DNA of 64,000 bases from a bacterium (GCA_043767845.1 JAYUFZ010000016.1:2523-66522); one strand, 5' to 3'. Positions 17,787 to 27,452 are shown, numbered from the stretch's first letter. Numbers and translations: made by a program. The notes: generated by a model from the sequence alone, not told the origin.

Positions 17787-19214
17787 CTAGTGTTGGATAC
17801 GCAAGTTGTTGCGCGCATCAGCCCACAGCTCGATGTAGGTCTTGGAGCAGCTGCGCAAGGATTGGTTTGAGCCGTTGAAGATGACGGTGTGTAGGATGAC
17901 ATCACCGGCTAGGGCGGCTCGGATGGCCGCGCTGTCTTCGACGCCTTGGCCGTCGGTCATGAGTAGCACCTCGGGCACATCATCGGCGGTTTGGACCAAG
18001 TCGCGAATTTCGCTGGCCGCTACCCTTACGGCTTTCAAGATTTCCGTTCCGCCTTCGAGTAGCTGGGGTTCGGCAAAATGGGTTATGAGGCCCATTTTGC
18101 CAGCGCTGTCGTGAGCCTCGATCCGTGAACCAAGGCTTTGGGTGAAGGGGCGGTAGAGGTAGCGCGAGCCGTCGGCCAAGTGGCAGCCAACGACCACGGA
18201 GGCCAGGGCGATCTCGGCGGGGAGCCGTCTTGGATCGCAATCGAATCCGCCCGAGGTGTAGGTCGAGGGGCTCCAGTCCATGAGGATGTAGAGCACCTGC
18301 CCCTTTTTCTCGTCCGGGACGCGAACCTTTTTGGGAACCATGATGGTTTCCTCGTAGGGCTCTTGGACGGTTCTCGGTTCCTGGACGACGACCTCTTTTG
18401 GGACGGGCACTTGCTCGTAGTAGTCGTTGACCTGGATCTCACGCTCGACGACCCGCTTGGCCCAGACCTCCACGGGGAGGGCCAGAATGCTTGGATCGAG
18501 TCGGTTGATCTCGCTGAAGCCGCGGATGGGCCGGGAGACGGCATCATCGGTCGGGAACTGGACTTCCTGGCGCTCGGTTCCCTCAACCACTTTGACGACG
18601 TCTTTTTGGACGACGATTGATCGATACTTGGTGATGGTCTTGGGGACCTGGATGATGACCTCCTTGGTCAAGTCCGGGTTCAGCTTGTTGAAGTAGTCGA
18701 TCACCGGGATCCCTGGCAAATTGTTGATTTGCTCGATGAACCGGGCGATCAACTCGTGGTCAGGTCGGACCAATAGCTCGCCAATAGTCGCTCCGCTCAT
18801 AGCTGATAGTGATTGCACGAATTCACTCGTACCGCTATCCATGCGGCCTGGCATTGGCGGGCCGCTGTGTGCCAGCGTACTGCCTCCGCCCGGTTGCTTG
18901 CCACCAGAGTTGCCTCCCGAGAAGTCGGGGTGCTCAACCAGGGGCTTGAACTTCACGAAGTGTGCTAACCTAGACCGCAGCCTCTCTTGGGGAGAGACAT
19001 TGGTGTGAGTGGTGACATCGAAGATCGTGCCACCCATATGGTGCTTATCGCGCAGTTCGGCTTCGGCCTCCTCGTAGGTCTTGAAAAAACCAACTGGTTT
19101 GGCGCGCTTGTCGAAGAGGGCGAAAGGCCCACCGCTGCGCATTGTCGGCCAGGGTTTTTTGACGACCCATTTGGCAATACGCAGTGGACGCCCAAGCTTT
19201 TGGATGACAGTCAT
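17787..19214 (-). CDS. VWA-domain protein (C-terminal von Willebrand A domain with MIDAS DWSPS), partner of the AAA+ ATPase
   Basis: VLYILMDWSPSTYTSGG… DxSxS MIDAS. 4-nt gap to upstream AAA gene. Confidence 0.65.
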   Translation of the reverse strand: MTVIQKLGRPLRIAKWVVKKPWPTMRSGGPFALFDKRAKPVGFFKTYEEAEAELRDKHHMGGTIFDVTTHTNVSPQERLRSRLAHFVKFKPLVEHPDFSGGNSGGKQPGGGSTLAHSGPPMPGRMDSGTSEFVQSLSAMSGATIGELLVRPDHELIARFIEQINNLPGIPVIDYFNKLNPDLTKEVIIQVPKTITKYRSIVVQKDVVKVVEGTERQEVQFPTDDAVSRPIRGFSEINRLDPSILALPVEVWAKRVVEREIQVNDYYEQVPVPKEVVVQEPRTVQEPYEETIMVPKKVRVPDEKKGQVLYILMDWSPSTYTSGGFDCDPRRLPAEIALASVVVGCHLADGSRYLYRPFTQSLGSRIEAHDSAGKMGLITHFAEPQLLEGGTEILKAVRVAASEIRDLVQTADDVPEVLLMTDGQGVEDSAAIRAALAGDVILHTVIFNGSNQSLRSCSKTYIELWADARNNLRIQH

Positions 19215-19217
19215 TGC

Positions 19218-20486
19218 TTAGCCCTGCCAATCGTGGCTGAGCGACAGCGAGGTGGGGCTGACCGGAGCATCAATCTTCTCCACTTCGATGCGAAGTTGAG
19301 CGATGATGGCCTGGACGGTGGCGTGCGAGCTGTGGCGCTTGGCCAGGAATTCTTTCATTCCTAACACGCTCGCGGTCGGAATACGCGCGCCTACCATATT
19401 GGCCAGGTGGCCATTCTGCGGCGCTTCGATACGCATCACCCGCATATCTTGAGTGAGATCTCCCAGCCTCTCGATATTCCTTAGGTCCTTCTCGGTGGTC
19501 GGGATACATTCGGCGCAGACCTCGTCCCAGAGCTGTTCGAGCGCCGGGTTGGCGCCAAGGGTCAGGACGCCATACTTATAGGCGCCAATGTCCCTGGGCA
19601 CGACCGCGCTACGTCCACGGAGGACGGCCACGGCTCGGCTGAGATCGAACTCACGGTTCTCTGTGCGCTGGGAAAGCGGGGGTACAGCGCTGGCCAACTC
19701 TTCGGCCGTGGGATCACGGCGCATTTTTTTGGCCAACTGCTCGTGACAGAGTATCTGGCGGCGCTTCTCAAACTCGGCAAGCACGTAGGCATGCAGCAGC
19801 AGAAAGCCGTTGCTGATCTGGATACCACCCTCAGAAGGTTTCCTAGAAACCTGGTCGGCCATTTCAGCCAGCCCGCCATAGTCGAGGCTTGGCAATTGTC
19901 CGACCCGCTCTTCGAGGTAGGAGTCGTACATGCCAAACTTCTCGGTGTAGTCGCTGAGCTTCGGCGAAAAGGCCTTGATCAAGAAACGGTCCAGCACAGC
20001 CGCGAGGGCCTGGGTGGCGCGATTGAAGTTGGTTGTGGCGATGACGCTGTGCAGCGGGATGTGCTGCAGCGAATCGTCTTTCGACATATAGGACCGCTCG
20101 TTGAGGGCATTGAGCAAACCGCCGCGCAGGACCATGTCCGGTCCATCGAGCAGCTCGTCGAGGAAGGCAAAGATAGCCGTAAGCAGGCCACCTTCTTTGT
20201 TCCTGATATTTCGGCCTTCGGTGATGATCTTATTGATGATCAGGTTGCCGAAGAGGTCGTCGAGGATTGTTTCTTGGGAGATGCTCTTCTTGAAGATGGG
20301 CGCGCCGTGGAACATGCCGAAGGTCGACATGGCAAACTGGCTCTTGCCTGAACCTGGGAGACCGATCAACAGGACGTGCTCACGGGTCAATAGTCCCAAA
20401 AGCGTACCCTCAATGATGGTGTCATAGCCAGGAAAAGCTTTCTCGAGTTCGGCGAAAGCTGCCAACAGTTCGTCGCAGTAACTCAT
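19218..20486 (-). CDS. MoxR/CbbQ-like AAA+ ATPase (AAA_5-type)
   Basis: Walker A GLPGSGKS, Walker B AIFAFLDE, sensor-1 ATTN, arginine finger LDRF. Confidence 0.7.
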   Translation of the reverse strand: MSYCDELLAAFAELEKAFPGYDTIIEGTLLGLLTREHVLLIGLPGSGKSQFAMSTFGMFHGAPIFKKSISQETILDDLFGNLIINKIITEGRNIRNKEGGLLTAIFAFLDELLDGPDMVLRGGLLNALNERSYMSKDDSLQHIPLHSVIATTNFNRATQALAAVLDRFLIKAFSPKLSDYTEKFGMYDSYLEERVGQLPSLDYGGLAEMADQVSRKPSEGGIQISNGFLLLHAYVLAEFEKRRQILCHEQLAKKMRRDPTAEELASAVPPLSQRTENREFDLSRAVAVLRGRSAVVPRDIGAYKYGVLTLGANPALEQLWDEVCAECIPTTEKDLRNIERLGDLTQDMRVMRIEAPQNGHLANMVGARIPTASVLGMKEFLAKRHSSHATVQAIIAQLRIEVEKIDAPVSPTSLSLSHDWQG

Positions 20487-20510
20487 TGGTGTCCTTTTGT
20501 TGTAGGTGCT

Positions 20511-20550
20511 AGCGAGTCGGTCGCCAGGGCCGTGAGGTAGATTACCCTCA
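20511..20550 (-). promoter_or_regulatory. shared leader motif: palindrome AGCGAGTC-GG-TCGC plus 22-nt GCCGTGAGGTAGATTACCCTCA (identical at 22304-22325)
   Basis: Same motifs at the same distance (about 25-65 nt) upstream of the flotillin start. Palindrome alone also at 23809-23825 upstream of the LemA-like gene. Confidence 0.5.
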
Positions 20551-20640
20551 TAGATATGCTCAATTGCTAAATTGAGCGCATGTATGAGGCCTGGGGCAGC
20601 CCCCGTAGCTTGTGGCTACGAGGGCTGGGTCTCCCCAGGG

Positions 20641-20865
20641 TTAGTGGATGTTGAACTTGGAGACGTACAGGGTTCGGGGAGGAGATACCTCGATTATTAC
20701 GACCTGTGAGTCTTTCTCGATAACCTCCTGACCGTCGTAGGGGTGGGCCAGGTAGTGCTCGCTACCACCTCGAATTGAGACGACAACTTCACCTGTTGTG
20801 TTTGGCCCGACTAAGCCCGTAACTCGGCCTGTCTTGCCGACGAGGCTGCTATCAGACGTTGTCAT
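20641..20865 (-). CDS. NfeD-like C-terminal OB-fold small protein (74 aa)
   Basis: MTTSDSSLVGKTGRVTGLVGPNTTGEVVVSIRGG…VVIIEV resembles the NfeD/YuaF beta-barrel. ATG overlaps the flotillin stop. Lies in the same frame as a spurious 356-aa ORF. Confidence 0.45.
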   Translation of the reverse strand: MTTSDSSLVGKTGRVTGLVGPNTTGEVVVSIRGGSEHYLAHPYDGQEVIEKDSQVVIIEVSPPRTLYVSKFNIH

Positions 20866-22258
20866 CTGCGTTGTCGGTTGAGCTGTCGGTGTCGGCCGGC
20901 TGTTCAGGGGTTGCCGGAGCGGTCGGTTCGACACTGGTGATTGTCGCTGGGGCGGCTGCCGGGGCACTGTTCTGAGCGAACATACTCTTAGCAAAATTGA
21001 AGCTGTTGAGTGCGGTGCCAACGACCTGCATGAGTGCAGCGTTGACGCCTTCGGCGCCGTTGAGGACGGTGAAGTTGTCGACGTGCTCAAAAGCTCCTGC
21101 CGCAGCCGCAACAATCTCTGGCCACTGCTTGGCCAGCTCTTGCATGATGACTGCTTCGGAGTTAGCGGCCAGGGCTTCGGCACGTGCCTGGATAGCTGCA
21201 CCTTCGGCCTTGCCCCTGGCTTCGATAGCCGCGGCTTCAGCCTTGCCCTTGATTTCGATAGCCGCTGCCTCAGCCCTGGCCTCCAGCTCAACTTTCTGAG
21301 CCTGGCCTTCGGCCTGGAGGACGGCGACACGGCTGGTTGCTTCTGCCGAAGCAATGTCGGCATCACGTTTCGCTTCGGCCGGTCGAATGACTGTTGCGAC
21401 CAGGATTTGCTCCTGGCGGGCTGCTTCGAGCCGGGCGGCGGAGGTCTCTTGCTCAACGACGGCTTGGCGGGCTGATGCTTGGGCCAGAGGTCCGGCTTGG
21501 GCGCTTTCAGCATTGGCCTTGTCGACCTCTGCTTGGAAGCCAGCTTCTTTGATCGAGGCGTTGCGTTCAGCTTCGGCCTTGAGGGCATTGGCTTCTTGCT
21601 CACGTTCGGTGGCTTCACGGTCGGCACTGGCCTGCGCGATTCGGGCGAGACTCTGGACGGCCGCGGTATGCGGCATGGCCAGATTCTTGATGTAGCCGCT
21701 GGGGTCATCAATCTCCTGGATTTGGAGTGAATCGACTATGAGGCCGAGCTTGGCCATCTCTTCGCCTGATGACGCGCGCGTCTTGGCAGTGAGCTGTTCG
21801 CGCTCGCGGATCATGGCCTCAACGGTCATGCTGCCGACGATGGAGCGAAGGTGGCCTGCGAAAACGTTATGGACGCGGGCGTCCATTTGGTCTTGCTGGT
21901 CTAGGAAGCGTCGCGCGGCGTTGGTGATGCTAGCGCTGTCGTCGCCGATCTTGTAGATGACCGTGCCCTTGACCTGGACGGGGATGCCTTGTTCGGTCGG
22001 GCACTCCACATAGAGGTCGGCTTGGTGCAGTTGCAGCGAGAGGCGCCGAACCTTCTGGACACCAGGCATCACAAGGGTGCCTTTGCCGGTGACGATTCTA
22101 AAGCCCATGTGATCGCCTGCTGTGTCGGTGGCTTCACCCTTGTCATTGAGGCCTGAGATTATCAGTGCCTCGTTTGGCTCGGCGACGCGCCATGTTGCCT
22201 TAAAGAGCACGATGGGTACGATGATCGCCGCAGCGATAATGCCTAGTAGCACGTACAT
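20852..22258 (-). CDS. flotillin/SPFH (band-7) domain protein with Ala/Glu-rich coiled-coil repeats
   Basis: N-terminal TM, SPFH core, long EA-repeat region (AEAERNASIKEAGFQAEVDKANAE…). Start taken at MYVLLGIIAAAIIV. Confidence 0.75.
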   Translation of the reverse strand: MYVLLGIIAAAIIVPIVLFKATWRVAEPNEALIISGLNDKGEATDTAGDHMGFRIVTGKGTLVMPGVQKVRRLSLQLHQADLYVECPTEQGIPVQVKGTVIYKIGDDSASITNAARRFLDQQDQMDARVHNVFAGHLRSIVGSMTVEAMIREREQLTAKTRASSGEEMAKLGLIVDSLQIQEIDDPSGYIKNLAMPHTAAVQSLARIAQASADREATEREQEANALKAEAERNASIKEAGFQAEVDKANAESAQAGPLAQASARQAVVEQETSAARLEAARQEQILVATVIRPAEAKRDADIASAEATSRVAVLQAEGQAQKVELEARAEAAAIEIKGKAEAAAIEARGKAEGAAIQARAEALAANSEAVIMQELAKQWPEIVAAAAGAFEHVDNFTVLNGAEGVNAALMQVVGTALNSFNFAKSMFAQNSAPAAAPATITSVEPTAPATPEQPADTDSSTDNADDNV

Positions 22259-22286
22259 ATACTTCCTTCTGTTGTCGGTGGTACTC

Positions 22287-22325
22287 AGCGAATCGTTCGC
22301 TGCGCCGTGAGGTAGATTACCCTCA
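22287..22325 (-). promoter_or_regulatory. leader motif copy 2 (CAGCGAATCGTTCGCTG + GCCGTGAGGTAGATTACCCTCA) upstream of flotillin
   Basis: See 20511-20550. Confidence 0.5.
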
Positions 22326-22532
22326 ATACCGTGCTTTACTTTATATAAAGAAGGGGCAGGAGAGTCCATGAAGCTTTCATGGAAATAGATCAGTTACAAT
22401 AACTTTATTTGGGCAAATTGTCAATACTTTTTGACGTTTGTTTAGGGGTTGGGCCAGGGCGGAGCCGAACTTTGTGGGTTCGACCCCGCCGACTGGCGAA
22501 GGGTGGATGTTACTTAAGGGCCTCCTTAGGGA

Positions 22533-23204
22533 CTAGCCTTTCGTGGTAGGCGTTGCGGCTGGTGGGGCATCATGTGAGACCTTGATCCCGCCATCGGCAG
22601 TCGAATTGACTGCTCCGGCAGTGACGCTAGGCTTGGCGCTGGCTGCATCGTAAACGATGAGCGGCTTGGTGATGAGGTTTTGTGGTGAATCGGACTCTAG
22701 GTAGAGGCCATTCCACTTGATCTCGACACCTTCGGTGGTGAAGAAACCAATGCCGTCAGGTTCTGGACCCCAGGTACCATTGTCGCCAGGCGATTTAGTA
22801 GCTACTGCGTTGCCGCAGCTGCTACCGCAGTCGCTGTAGTTGATCTTATCCTCGACGGTCAGCTGGCTGTTAAGCGAGAAGACCATTCCTTGGATGGGGT
22901 ACTGGATGATCGGCTGCCCGACGTTGTTCATCAAGATGACGTAAGCCAGACGGTTGCGATCGTTCTGCCGGAGCAGGTTCTCGGTGAGCAGTGTACGCTC
23001 CAGCCAACCGCCTTTGACCATTGCCGCCAGGGGATATGGTGCGCCCCGTTCGGCAGACTGCTGATAGGTCTCGACGACGTTCTCACTTTGGGTCTGGCTG
23101 TCGGCTTCGGTTGGGCCTGTTTGGGTGCAGGCCGTTACGGTAACGGCAACAGCTACAACCGCGGCGATGATGCGGATGGGTCGGGGGATACTCGTGAATT
23201 TCAT
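22533..23204 (-). CDS. secreted lipoprotein, hypothetical
   Basis: Start at MKFTSIPRPIRIIAAVVAVAVTVTAC (lipobox-like …TAC). AGGAA RBS. Confidence 0.5.
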   Translation of the reverse strand: MKFTSIPRPIRIIAAVVAVAVTVTACTQTGPTEADSQTQSENVVETYQQSAERGAPYPLAAMVKGGWLERTLLTENLLRQNDRNRLAYVILMNNVGQPIIQYPIQGMVFSLNSQLTVEDKINYSDCGSSCGNAVATKSPGDNGTWGPEPDGIGFFTTEGVEIKWNGLYLESDSPQNLITKPLIVYDAASAKPSVTAGAVNSTADGGIKVSHDAPPAATPTTKG

Positions 23205-23218
23205 GATGGTTACGTTCC

Positions 23219-23782
23219 TTACTTGGAGGTGGTGGGGAGGCAGTCGAAGGCGGCGAAGTCTTCCTGGCCGCTGGTGAAGACCTGGTCGTTGGACCGGATC
23301 TTGTAGGGTAGGTCGGCGTCGCGGAAGTCGCGGGCCGTGTACTGCTCGGTGCTGGCGTCGTAGCGAGCTACAACGTTGCGGCACTGCTGCTGGATTCCGT
23401 TGACCGAGGTCTGCAGATTGCTCTGCTGTTCGGCCATCGGGTCGAAGGCCGTACCATTGCCAACATTGGGGTGAGCTGCGTTGAAGCTATTCAGCGCGGC
23501 AGAGGCATCATCCAGTTTGAGGTCGAGTGCGCGGACCGATTCGAAATCGCTGTGGAACTGAGCTTGCGACTGGATGCGGTTGACGGCACTGTTCTTGATG
23601 ACTGCGGCATCGCCTTTGCCCTTGATATTGCTGGTGCTAACCCGCAGCTGCCATGCCACAACGGGCACGATTACGGCGAGCAGAAGCACAACTACCAGGG
23701 TGACGACTGCCCAACGCCGGCCGGTACTTACGATCTCGCGATCGTTCATATCGACAAAGTTTCCATCACTGTCGTATTTCAT
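23219..23782 (-). CDS. membrane-anchored protein, LemA-like (weak)
   Basis: N-terminal TM. C-terminal RNVVARYDASTEQYTARDF resembles the LemA R..VAR.DYN..V..YN signature. Confidence 0.35.
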   Translation of the reverse strand: MKYDSDGNFVDMNDREIVSTGRRWAVVTLVVVLLLAVIVPVVAWQLRVSTSNIKGKGDAAVIKNSAVNRIQSQAQFHSDFESVRALDLKLDDASAALNSFNAAHPNVGNGTAFDPMAEQQSNLQTSVNGIQQQCRNVVARYDASTEQYTARDFRDADLPYKIRSNDQVFTSGQEDFAAFDCLPTTSK

Positions 23783-24144
23783 GAAGTTTCCTTAAGTTTT
23801 GGGGTACAAAGCGAATCAGTCGCTTAACTGCGGAGGAGGTTGCTCCCCCGTCGCCGGGATGAATTCAAGTTTCCCGGCGATAGGAGAGTAAGTAAGCAAG
23901 GGACAAAAAAAGCCCCGAGACACTGGCCGGGGTTTAGGCTAACCGCCGGGGTCAAAGGGACATTGTCGATACCGATAGCTTATTTAATTGTAAAGTCATT
24001 ATAGGACATACATTTGAGTTTGTCAATACCCCTAAACATGGCTCTGGAAAGCTAAGATAATATTCTGCCCTCGATTGGTGACAGAATTTGGGGGCTCTAG
24101 AATTGCCTTAGAAGGCCAAATCGGCTACACTAAACTTCGTCTTT

Positions 24145-24234
24145 GGAGAGGTCGCATAGTGGCCTAGTGCACCGCCTTGGAAAGGCGGCACGGGAGCAAT
24201 CTCGTCGAGAGTTCGAATCTCTCCCTCTCCGCCA
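24145..24234 (+). tRNA. tRNA-Ser (anticodon GGA), CCA encoded
   Basis: GGAGAGG acceptor, anticodon loop TTGGAAA, long variable arm, T-arm GAGTTCGAATCTC, 3' CCTCTCC-G-CCA. Confidence 0.9.
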
Positions 24235-24334
24235 TTGGATCTGTTCTGCATGTATTGCAGCATAATTCCAACGGCTATCTGATCTAAGCGTAAGCAATTT
24301 GATTATTTGTGCTTGGCCAGGTAATCTTCTTAGT

Positions 24335-24937
24335 ATGAAGAAGAAAACACAGCCCAAGCTCATAGATCACCTGACGGCTAAGCCGCATCGGACAGCTTTT
24401 ATCGCGATTGCAATCATGCTTTCGCTTGGCGTTGTTGCCTATGTGGGAGGGTTGCTCTTTGTCGCGACCCAGGGAGCCAAGCAGGCGAGCTCGCTTGGTA
24501 TTAGCGCCATAGTACTCAATGCTACAAGCACGCTCACGAGCGCAGCACCCGTTGACTTCAAGACTGGAGACATTTACTTTCCGCAGGCACGTTTATCTGT
24601 CCCCAGTGATTCAAGTTTTACCAACCTGCTATACGCCTATGTTCCAGAGGACAATTATCTCCTCATTAATAGCCGACAAGTACAAGGCCGCAATGAAGCC
24701 CAAATGTACTCTGCGCGTAATACCGAGGAAGCAATACGACAGATCCCCAAGCTGCAAGCCTGCCAGCGCGGTATTCGACTGGCCTATGCCAAGCTCAAAG
24801 ATGTTAAAGCCGGCGAGTATGACCTTCGCTCCACTGTGCGATTGAATAATGGCAAAGACATTTACATTTATCTGAACAAAAGCTGCCAAGAACTCTATCA
24901 GATAGCCGAACTGCTCAAAAAAGTCCGCGCGTACTAA
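24335..24937 (+). CDS. hypothetical membrane-anchored protein
   Basis: MKKKTQPKLIDHL… one TM, then soluble domain. Confidence 0.4.
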   Translation: MKKKTQPKLIDHLTAKPHRTAFIAIAIMLSLGVVAYVGGLLFVATQGAKQASSLGISAIVLNATSTLTSAAPVDFKTGDIYFPQARLSVPSDSSFTNLLYAYVPEDNYLLINSRQVQGRNEAQMYSARNTEEAIRQIPKLQACQRGIRLAYAKLKDVKAGEYDLRSTVRLNNGKDIYIYLNKSCQELYQIAELLKKVRAY

Positions 24938-25237
24938 TCGCCGTAAGCATAAGCATAAAACTATTGACGCTGGCTCCAATGCGGGTTATAGTATGTGCAT
25001 GTTGAAAGCATTTCAGTTCAAGTCACATAAAATTCTGACCGATTGCCCCGCCTATATGTCGGGCGATCTATTCGCGTGTGACTTGTCTCGTACTGCTTAA
25101 TTCTATAATTTAGTTAGACCAGACGAGTCTCCGACAACGGAGACTTTTGATTTAGTGACTTGAACGAAATGTTTCTCTCGGAGGCTCTTCTCGCCTAGCA
25201 AAACTTGCTAGGTAGTACATACAAGAAGGAGCAAAAG

Positions 25238-25927
25238 ATGTTTGGACACTGGATGCAGATTGATGGCGAAAAGGCCAGCTTGCGTATGGGGCCGATTCGG
25301 CGCGAGGACATGTCCCGCTATATCGCCGAGGAGGCTAGCTGGGGGATGCAGAGCTACGAGGTTACCAAATACCTGGGCCGAACGCCTGGCGCGCCGACCG
25401 AAGTCGGTGAACAGGCATGGTGGGAGCGAGTCAGTGATGACAAGGAGGAGGTAATCTGGGGTGTTTATGTGGCCGATGGCGACGACTGGAAGCTCACAGG
25501 CAGCACCAGTCTTCGATACATGAACCCAGCCATGCACACTCGAGCCACCAGTGGCTACCTGTGTTTCGATCGCAAGTTCTGGAATATTGGTGTTGCTAGC
25601 TTGTCGCACCTCGCTCGCACGCTGTTTGCCTTCGACGAGCTTGGGATGCTTGCCATCGATAGCCACGCCTTGGTGGCCAATACTGGCTCCAATAAGGCTC
25701 TGCAGTCAGTAGGCTATGTGAAGAGCGGCACGTATTATGGCGCGACTCGTCCGGTACATGGTCAGGGGAGTGATACCAATGACTACACCTTGGTTAACCC
25801 GGCTGAGCATAGCTGGCTGTACTTCTGGCAGCGTCCGGAGGCCGAGATTCCGACCGAGTTCACTACTGCCCGCCAAAAGACCCAGGCGGCGCTCGAAAAA
25901 GCTCGCCAGATCGTGAAGTTTCTCTAG
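25238..25927 (+). CDS. GNAT-family N-acetyltransferase-like (Acetyltransf_3/RimL-like pattern), low confidence
   Basis: AAGGAG RBS before ATG 25238. Overall hydrophobic/aromatic pattern of RimJ/RimL-type GNATs. Confidence 0.4.
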   Translation: MFGHWMQIDGEKASLRMGPIRREDMSRYIAEEASWGMQSYEVTKYLGRTPGAPTEVGEQAWWERVSDDKEEVIWGVYVADGDDWKLTGSTSLRYMNPAMHTRATSGYLCFDRKFWNIGVASLSHLARTLFAFDELGMLAIDSHALVANTGSNKALQSVGYVKSGTYYGATRPVHGQGSDTNDYTLVNPAEHSWLYFWQRPEAEIPTEFTTARQKTQAALEKARQIVKFL

Positions 25928-26031
25928 TTCCTTCCGCCCACTCAACCGCCCCGGCCCAGAGCAATCTGGTAGCCGGGGCTTTTTCTTGGTAACAAAAAAG
26001 ACGGAGTTTTGTCCGTCTTGGGTGGATTGGA

Positions 26032-26790
26032 CTAGCGCTTGCGTCGACCCCTCACATGCGCACGAGGAACACCACGCTGCATGGCCTCATACTCGTTAGA
26101 AAGAAAGGCGATGAGCTCGGTTCGGGTGCCAGGGTTGAGACTGTCAGGCGGCGTGCGAAATAGAAGCTGCTTTTCGGTCGGATATGCGGTCAGTCCCTGC
26201 TTGATGAAGCGGCAGAGGCCGCTCTCGGGATTGAGCCAAGCCTCCATAACCAGGTGCTCAATGACCAGGGGCTCGTAGATGTCATAGAAATTCTGAATGG
26301 CCGACCTCAATGGGTAATACGACCAGGCATCGATGATCGCCATACGCCTGTCGTAGTCGAGCTTGTCGAAGGCCTGTGCCTCCAAGCCGCCCGGTACCGA
26401 TCGAACATGGTAGTTGATGCGGTCGGCGAGATGGGTCCAGTCATCACGATTCATGAATGATTCAAAATCGGACAGGTCGAAACGCGGTCTCGTTGGCTGG
26501 GATTCAAGGTTCTCGGATGGTGCCGCGGTTGGCGACTGGGCTTTGGGCAAGTTGCCGGACTTCCAGGCTTTTAACGCCCGCTTTTGCTCATCTGAACCCC
26601 ATTTGTCCCAGTTCAGCACTGCGACTGCTTCGGGCGTCTTCTTGGGACGCAGGATGTCGCAGGCCTGCTCGAAGGTCATCTTGGCCGTGGTGGTTGTCAT
26701 GTAGTCCTCGATCGTAGGTGCTAGCGGATTGCCATTAAGCGCATAGGATAGCACATGCCTGTCTAGCCGTAAATACGAGCTCATTGACAA
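26032..26790 (-). CDS. hypothetical protein
   Basis: ORF with downstream bidirectional terminator pair (25948-26030). Confidence 0.4.
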   Translation of the reverse strand: MSMSSYLRLDRHVLSYALNGNPLAPTIEDYMTTTTAKMTFEQACDILRPKKTPEAVAVLNWDKWGSDEQKRALKAWKSGNLPKAQSPTAAPSENLESQPTRPRFDLSDFESFMNRDDWTHLADRINYHVRSVPGGLEAQAFDKLDYDRRMAIIDAWSYYPLRSAIQNFYDIYEPLVIEHLVMEAWLNPESGLCRFIKQGLTAYPTEKQLLFRTPPDSLNPGTRTELIAFLSNEYEAMQRGVPRAHVRGRRKR

Positions 26791-26852
26791 AATACTACAA
26801 TAATGTATAAATAACTCACCCGCACGTCAGTGCCCGAGCACCCGGAGGAATC

Positions 26853-27302
26853 ATGAACTTTGATGAAGCTATGGATAGGCATATGGACTGGCTTATCGCT
26901 CTGCCGAAGGCAATTATGTACTTGGGCGCCTTCGTCGCTACCGCTCCATTGCTACTCTTGGTGGCCATGGCCACTTCTAACAGCCAGCCCGACTCCCTCG
27001 GTCGAGCCACCTATCACTTCCACAGCACGTTCTACAGCTTCCTGGTGTGGGCCTACATTGCTCTGGCCGTTATGGTCGTCATTGTGACCTCCAACCGCTT
27101 CATGATCACTATCCAGTATACGATGGCAGCTGCCACGCTTGGTATCTGGACATACCTGGAAAACGGCGTCCGCAGTTATGGCATCCCCCTGCTGTCGCTG
27201 GTAGTGTTCAGTATTGTCACTACAGCTTACGCCTCGCTCCAGCTCTACTTGAGAACCTTCGGCGATAACTTCGATGATGAAACTGGCTTTGAGATCGTCT
27301 GA
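26853..27302 (+). CDS. hypothetical membrane protein (4 TM)
   Basis: Hydrophobic segments. No motif. Confidence 0.4.
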   Translation: MNFDEAMDRHMDWLIALPKAIMYLGAFVATAPLLLLVAMATSNSQPDSLGRATYHFHSTFYSFLVWAYIALAVMVVIVTSNRFMITIQYTMAAATLGIWTYLENGVRSYGIPLLSLVVFSIVTTAYASLQLYLRTFGDNFDDETGFEIV

Positions 27303-27374
27303 GTCGCGCCCATCGTCCACCTGGCCCCGCCATCGGCGGGGTTTTTCATTTGTCAGAAATTGGCCAAAATCCGC

Positions 27375-27452
27375 GTTTTCAATCAGAAGGTTACCTTTTT
27401 ACGCAGAAGAAAGGTAACCTTCTATTTACATTCGGTATTTGTTTGGTATAAT
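27375..27452 (+). promoter_or_regulatory. dispersed promoter cassette copy B (palindrome 27385-27423, TTTACA 27425-30, TATAAT 27447-52)
   Basis: Identical to copies A, D and E. Confidence 0.6.

Noticed and set aside
17980-18620. Arg/Ser-rich ORFs (86-167 aa) on both strands inside the VWA gene
   Set aside because: Embedded in a CDS with a clear MIDAS motif. Typical GC-rich off-frame artefacts.
20641-21711. 356-aa ORF with Pro/Ser/Arg-rich low-complexity translation
   Set aside because: It is an alternative frame lying inside the flotillin gene (20852-22258), which has clear SPFH and EA-repeat features. Only its last 74 codons (20641-20865, NfeD-like) look genuine.
21083-21730. Plus-strand ORFs of 83-130 aa inside the flotillin gene
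   Set aside because: Antisense of Ala/Glu repeat region. Spurious.
24130-24363. 77-aa minus-strand ORF
   Set aside because: Overlaps the tRNA-Ser gene. Artefact.
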